Made by a program: the position numbers and the translations under genes
Assembly (NCBI GenBank): GCA_964016885.1
Contig: CAXHJY010000682.1
Span: 1 to 19,044 of the forward strand
Reading direction: 5' to 3'
Source of the DNA: Eledone cirrhosa
Lineage: Eukaryota
Length of the DNA stretch: 19,044 nt
Shown: positions 12,035 to 19,044 of the stretch, piece by piece
Layout: the number at the start of each line of letters is the position of its first letter
Position numbering within the stretch: the first letter of the stretch is position 1
Notes under the pieces: model-generated
The model's database searches: none
The model's input: only the letters and a program-made list of their open reading frames with translations
Told to the model about the DNA's origin: nothing

Positions 12035-12329
12035 CAAGGGTTAGCTATAAAGTTCATAGGCTGTAAAGTTGATAGGCTGACCAAGATACTCTTTGAAAAG
12101 AATCAATGCAGTTATTAAGAGGGGTTGAAATTAATGCATGCAAGATTTCACAGCTCTAGCATCACTCCTATATAGACTGAGCAAGATACTCTCATGGAAT
12201 GAACAAATGAGGTTTGAAAAGAAACAATGCTGTTATTAAGAGGGGTATTAATTAATGCATGCAAGATTTCACAGCTTTAGCATCACTCCTTCGTAGGCTG
12301 ACCAAGATACTCTCATGGAATGACCAAAT
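12035..12329 (+). mobile_element. Tandem array derived from the 10514-type MITE
   Basis: TA|CAAGGGTTAGCTATAAAGTTCATAGGCTG left end, then the internal unit repeated from about 12071, 12172 and 12293; no right TIR seen. Confidence 0.8.
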
Positions 12330-12477
12330 CGGCTGTTGTTACAATTATTTTCTGCACTTGGAGTCCAAGGTTTTCTAAAGAATTTCAAACTACCCAGCTC
12401 TAGCATAACTTAGCAGCTTGTTACATCAAAGCTGTTTGGAAGTAGCAGCCTGCTATGGAATCTGAGGCCAAAGTCCC

Positions 12478-12540
12478 TTTAGCACAATGGTTAGAGTACA
12501 TGACCAGAATTTGAAAGCTACGGAGTTCGGCTCTTCCTGT
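12478..12540 (+). mobile_element. Degenerate tRNA-like head (probable SINE relic)
   Basis: TAGCACAATGGTTAGAG (A box) and GGAGTTCGGCTC (B box-like) at tRNA spacing. Confidence 0.4.
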
Positions 12541-12773
12541 CAGCTGCTGGCCACATTTTCCGGTTAATAGAAGTATTTTACCCGATTTATTAAGTTATTA
12601 TTTATAGCAATCGACTGTTGTTACTATTACTACTTTCTGCGTTTAGGATACTTACACATTCTAATGAATGAATATATATATATATATATATATATATGTT
12701 TATATATGTATATATCGTTTCTGAATTTGTTTAGCAAGATTATTTATCTGAAAACGTGTGTTGAAACCGATAT

Positions 12774-13114
12774 TGTTATACTTTGGGAGGGTCATGTTGC
12801 TAATAAGAAACACACGCACCAGTTGCTTTCACTTCAATTTATTATAATAAATTTATAAATTTAGGAATTTATAAATTTCTGGTTGGTTCCACAACCAGAT
12901 GATTGTTTATATATTGTCAAAGTTCTTTCGTCACACATTCTGTGACCTCTTGAGTGACTGGGGATTCTTTTCTTTGTTTTTGTGCCTCTCTTTTGTTCTG
13001 TCCTACACCATCTTATTAAATTCCTAAATTTATAAATTTATTATAATAAATTGAAGTGAAAGCAACTGGTGCGTGTATTTCTTATTGGCAACATGACCCT
13101 CCCAAAGTATAACA
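12774..13114. mobile_element. Family A two-armed element with 98-bp inverted arms and a core-mutated hammerhead
   Basis: Arms 12774-12871 and 13017-13114 differ at 2 positions. Minus-strand GTCA-CTCAAGA-G-GTCACA(gaatg)TGTGAC-GAAA-GAAC-TT-TGAC at 12916-12958. Confidence 0.85.
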
Positions 13115-13137
13115 ATATATATATATGTGTGTAAATA

Positions 13138-13389
13138 TAGGGTGTTATAAAGCAGGCTTTGTTTACAAACGGCTAGCGAATTTGAAAATTAGGTAGTAAC
13201 GTACGCTTACGCCGTATTTGACTAAATAGAATTAGTCTGTTAGTTGGCATTTAAAAAAACCCCTCTAAATGGAAAAAAGGATGAGTATTGACTAATTCTA
13301 TCTACTCAAATACGGCGTAAGCACATGTTACTACCTAATTTTCAAATTCACTAGCCGTTTATAAACAAAGTCTGCTTTGTGCCTCCCTA
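13138..13389. mobile_element. Family F two-armed element with 100-bp inverted arms
   Basis: Arms 13138-13237 and 13290-13389; the spacer and left arm are the reverse complement of 13518-13619. Confidence 0.8.
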
Positions 13390-13409
13390 TTTATATACAT
13401 ATATATATA

Positions 13410-13614
13410 CCTGCTATGGTTCTATTTGAATAGAAGGAAGCATAGGTGGCATGTTGGTGTAATGGTCACACACTGGTCCGACAAACGAAAGATGTGGGTT
13501 CGTGTCCCATGTGCGTTAATACTCATCCTTTTTTCCATTCAGTATTTTTTTTTAAAATCCCAACTAACAGTTCAATTCTATTTAGTCAAATACGGCGTAA
13601 GTACATGTTACTAC

Positions 13615-13619
<5 letters not shown>
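13410..13619 (+). mobile_element. Family F copy containing a tRNA-like unit, between TA tracts
   Basis: The 3' half matches the family F arms; the 5' half carries A and B boxes. Confidence 0.7.
13448..13518 (+). pseudogene. Degenerate tRNA-like sequence (GAC at the anticodon position)
   Basis: A box TGGTGTAATGG at 13455, T arm GTGGG-TTCGTGT-CCCAT at 13494-13510, tRNA-like length. Acceptor and anticodon stems pair poorly. T6 run at 13529-13534. Confidence 0.55.
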
Positions 13620-13646
<27 letters not shown>

Positions 13647-13649
<3 letters not shown>

Positions 13650-13836
13650 ATAATAAAAAATCCAAAGAGGGCTCGATAAGGATAACTATATATCAAATAT
13701 ATAAGAACCGTAGAGCAAATATTTATTAAAATAACAGATTAAAGTTTAAGCAAAGAATCGCTGCTTTCACCCTTAACGGGATCTTCTGAAACAGTTTCAG
13801 AAAGCAGTGATTCTTTGCTTAAACTTTAATCTGTTA

Positions 13837-13844
<8 letters not shown>
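13647..13844. mobile_element. Family B two-armed element, second copy
   Basis: Arms 13724-13767 and 13801-13844; junction palindrome CTGAAAC-A-GTTTCAG at 13786-13800; TA tracts on both sides. Confidence 0.8.
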
Positions 13845-13880
<36 letters not shown>

Positions 13881-13881
<1 letters not shown>

Positions 13882-14356
13882 GATATTAAATAAATGGAAA
13901 CTATATTTATAAAACCATTTTATTTTTCCTCTCTCTATATATCTCTCTCTGTTTCTTTACATGAATTTCTTCTCTCTATCTATCTCTCTATATCTATCTC
14001 TCTCTATTTAGTTGCATGCATTTCTTCTTTTTCTTCGCTTTTTTTCTTTCTTTCTTTTTATAACTGTCCCTAACATTTTTCACTACCAAATCAACTTTTT
14101 AAATGGAAGTTGAAGTTGAAAGGTATGTCAAATGTATCTATTTATAAGACTGTTTATATTGTATTTTGTCTGAAGAAGGCATACCATATTTTTAATATGA
14201 TATCCCTGAAATATATATAATGAAATAAATATGGTTTTATAAATATAGTTTCCATTTATTTAATATCGTAAATATACTCCAAATACTTGTTGAGTGCTTT
14301 TATATCAGTTATAAATATTTACTCGTTGTAACCCAACAATTTAAATAAAACTTTGC
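13881..14356. mobile_element. Family C two-armed hammerhead element between TA tracts
   Basis: The short minus arm 13881-13918 is the reverse complement of 14231-14268. The plus arm carries the hammerhead and about 88 further tail bases. Confidence 0.75.
14162..14227 (+). ncRNA. Type I hammerhead ribozyme (family C)
   Basis: TATTTTGT-CTGAAGA-AGGcATAcCATATT(ttt)AATATGaTATcCCT-GAAA-T(atat)A-TA-ATGAAATA. Stem I is 8 bp with two G-U pairs. AUA cleavage predicted after 14219. Confidence 0.82.
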
Positions 14357-14383
<27 letters not shown>

Positions 14384-14387
<4 letters not shown>

Positions 14388-14532
14388 ATTAATAAATGGA
14401 AACTATATTTATAAAACCATATTTATTTCATTATATATATTTCAAGGATACCAAGTTAAATCATGGTATGCCTTCATCAGACAAAATACTATATATAACA
14501 GTTTTACAAATAGATATTGATGTACCCTTTCA
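14384..14532 (-). mobile_element. Family C element, second and diverged copy, inverted
   Basis: Reverse complement of about 14118-14268; ends at the TA tract at the same point as 13881. Confidence 0.8.
14424..14488 (-). ncRNA. Type I hammerhead ribozyme (family C)
   Basis: Minus strand reads TATTTTGT-CTGATGA-AGGcATACCA(tgatttaact)TGGTATcCTT-GAAA-TATATATA-ATGAAATA. Confidence 0.82.
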
Positions 14533-14754
14533 AAAAGGTGACCGTTGCTTTTGGAGGCCATCCGATTAGTGGTTTCTTTACTTTAGTAAGTCATAGTGTT
14601 AAGAGTAAGTAAAAAGATGGAGAGAGAGAGAGAAACGTGGAGAAAAGAAAGGGAAAGATAGATAAAGAAAAAGAAGAAAGCAAAAAGAAAAAAGAACAGA
14701 GGAAAAATAACGGAGATATCAAAACATCAGACAGAGAAAGAACTCAAGAGAGAG

Positions 14755-16085
<1,331 letters not shown>

Positions 16086-16204
16086 TTGTATTAGAGTCGA
16101 AAGAAATATTTTAAAAACTGTTCGTTTATAAATATTTTGGAAATTGTTATTTTGTTAAATTTCGTCAGTATGGGTTTAAATGATTTTTATTATTTAGAGA
16201 TACG

Positions 16205-16825
16205 GTACCAGTAATGCACTGGGTAATTGCTGGCCTTGTGCTTAAAGTAGAAACAATTAAATAGAGATAAGGGTGATGGATTGTCAGTATCGGTAGAGCG
16301 TCGGACAAGCTTTGTGGCATAGTTACCTCGCATGATGTTCTGAGTTCAAATTCAGCTGAGGTTAGCTTTATCTTTCATCCTTACGGGGTCGATAAACAAA
16401 GCACCAGTAATGTACTGGGGTACATTTAATCGAATTCCCCCTCCCCCCTAATGCTGGCCTTGTGCCTATTATAGAAAGAACGTCAGACACCATGGTTTGC
16501 AGCTTAGGAGCTGTGGCGGCTTTTTACGTTCTCAGTTCAAATCCTTACAGGTTAACTTCGCCTTTACGGGGGTCGATAAAATAAAGTACCAGTAATACAC
16601 TGGGTATTTGCTGGCCTTGTGCCAAAAGTAGAAACAATTATTATTATTTGGCAGTATCGGTAGAGGGTCGGACGCCATGCTTTCCAGCATAGTTACCTCC
16701 CTTTACGATCAGAGTTCAAATCCCTATAGGTTAACTTAGCCTTTCATCTTTACGGGGTCGATAAATAAAACACCAGTAATGCACTGGGGTAATTGCTGGC
16801 CTTGTGCCAAAAGTAGAAACGTCAT
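16205..16825 (+). mobile_element. Head-to-tail cluster of four SINE family 2 copies or fragments
   Basis: Tail only at 16205-16258; copies at about 16270-16480, 16515-16640 and 16649-16822, each with GTTCAAAT, GGGGTCGATAAA and GCTGGCCTTGTG. Confidence 0.85.
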
Positions 16826-17597
16826 TATTATCGTTTCTATTGTTGTTGTTGTTGCTGTAATTACTGATTATCTGTTTGCTTGGAGCTCCAGCAATTACTA
16901 TTAATACCGTATAACAACAGTTTACAGCTAAATATATAACAAAGGTCTTTACATAATGGAATAATTTCAGTTCATTAATTGCAATTTAGATCTTTAAGAT
17001 AATTACTTTGACACATATCGAATGAAGTTAAGAGATAATTAAAATATTTCTTATTTATGATGAACAAATTCGCCAGAAAATTCGACCACTGGTCAAGTAA
17101 TATCTTGCCTTAAGATTAACAAGTTAGATTGCTTTCACTGTTTCCAACTTCATAAAGATATTATATATGTATGCAAAGCTTACATATTTATGAATGCTAA
17201 TTAGAAATTAAATCTTGCATACGGGAAATTTACTATTTACAATTTTAACATGCCTACAGGGTAAAATTTTATTTTACTTTGATATGATGGAAATGTTAAT
17301 GAATATAATTGCCATATTGTTAATATGATTTCATTAAAGAAGGGAGCTTATCTATCAAAATCTTAACATATTTTAATACATAATTACGTGATTCTCGTCG
17401 CTCAGCACTAAATCTACACCTGACTGTTCAGGTCTTGTATAATTCGGTTTTTAATGGAATCTAAACTGAAGAAAATTCTTCGTATTGATGATCAATAAGT
17501 AGATAATTCCATTATTAGAGGCGTTAAAGACACATTTTCTAATTTTGATCAAATAAATACAAGGTATATTGTAAGTATACCCTTCCTACATATTTAG

Positions 17598-18100
<503 letters not shown>

Positions 18101-18102
18101 AT

Positions 18103-18350
18103 TATTATACTTGGGGAGGGTCATATTGTTAGTCATATTGTTATAATATTGCCAGTAATAATAACAGAACCCACTCACTCAATGCCAAGACTGGAATTGA
18201 ACCACCAAGACAGTTGAGGTATGTCATACATCAATTCGTGTATTTTATCTGATGAGGACGTACTGAAAAAACAGTACAGTACCTCCGAAATATATATAAT
18301 AAAACATATATTTTGATTATGTGAACGTCTTCATTTATTAATATTTTGAA
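18103..18350 (+). mobile_element. Family D hammerhead element (distant relative of family C) preceded by a family A-like terminus
   Basis: 18103-18127 TATTATACTTGGGGAGGGTCATATTG resembles the family A end. 18240-18345 aligns loosely to 14161-14266, including the CATTTATTAATAT tail. TA-rich tracts on both sides. Confidence 0.65.
18238..18307 (+). ncRNA. Type I hammerhead ribozyme (family D)
   Basis: GTG(ta)TTTTAT-CTGATGA-GGAcGTACTG(loop)CAGTACcTCC-GAAA-T(atat)A-TA-ATAAAA-CAT. Canonical core with a G-C closing pair on stem II. AUA cleavage predicted after 18298. Confidence 0.88.
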
Positions 18351-18404
18351 TAATATATATATACATATATATATACATATATATATATATGTATATGTAT
18401 ATAT

Positions 18405-18450
<46 letters not shown>

Positions 18451-18567
18451 ATATATATGTATATGTATATATGTATGTATATATATATGTATATGTATAT
18501 ATATATATGTATATGTATATATATGTATATATATATATATGTATGTATATGTATATGTATATATATG

Positions 18568-18598
<31 letters not shown>

Positions 18599-18689
18599 AT
18601 GTATATATGTATGTATATATATATATATGTATGTATATATATATATATGTATGTATATATATATATGTATGTATATATATATATGTATG

Positions 18690-18720
<31 letters not shown>

Positions 18721-18741
18721 GTATATATATATATGTATATA
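18351..18741. repeat. (TA)n/(TATG)n microsatellite
   Basis: Direct reading. Confidence 0.97.
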
Positions 18742-18848
18742 CAATTAAGTTAAAAATGTACATCTACATATGTATACTGAAATACTAGTGTGCATATGAA
18801 TACACACACGTATACATATGTAGATGTAACAAGTCTTTCACTGGTTGC

Positions 18849-19044
18849 TTTACTGTGAGCAACCCAGCTGTTCTGTATGTAAACACACAGACAAACCGGT
18901 TTTTAGAGTCATACTGGTTTTCGAGGAAACACCTTCCCTCTATTCTAGAATAGAGGGAAGGTGTTTCCTCGAAAACCAGTATGACTCTAAAAACCGGTTT
19001 GTCTGTGTATTTACATACAGAATAGCTGGGTTGCTCACAGTAAA
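18849..19044. repeat. Spacerless palindrome with arms of at least 98 bp, centre 18946/18947
   Basis: ...CCCTCTATTCT|AGAATAGAGGG...; 2 mismatches over 98 bp; runs to the window end. Confidence 0.97.

Noticed and set aside
13448-13518. Functional tRNA-Val(GAC) gene
   Set aside because: Acceptor and anticodon stems are mostly wobble or mismatched, and the T loop is mutated; kept only as a tRNA-like relic.

Overview
AT-rich, non-coding eukaryotic (metazoan) DNA. The microsatellite load and SINE types look cephalopod/Octopus-like, but that is inference. No credible protein-coding ORF: the long ORFs are translations of (TA)n, (CA)n or (TG)n tracts. The window holds large microsatellites, two tRNA-derived SINE families in many copies, several TA-flanked Tc1/mariner-type MITEs, minisatellites, and a near-identical inverted duplication (893-1957 vs 9718-10488). 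The main signal is a set of short elements inserted into (TA)n tracts. They have a tail-outward, two-armed inverted architecture and carry minimal type I hammerhead ribozymes: four with intact cores (506-550 -, 14162-14227 +, 14424-14488 -, 18238-18307 +), one with a mutated core, and several vestigial ones. Stems covary between copies. This resembles non-autonomous Penelope-like or retrozyme-like elements. Six such units are stacked in 12774-14532, one carrying a tRNA-like Pol III unit.
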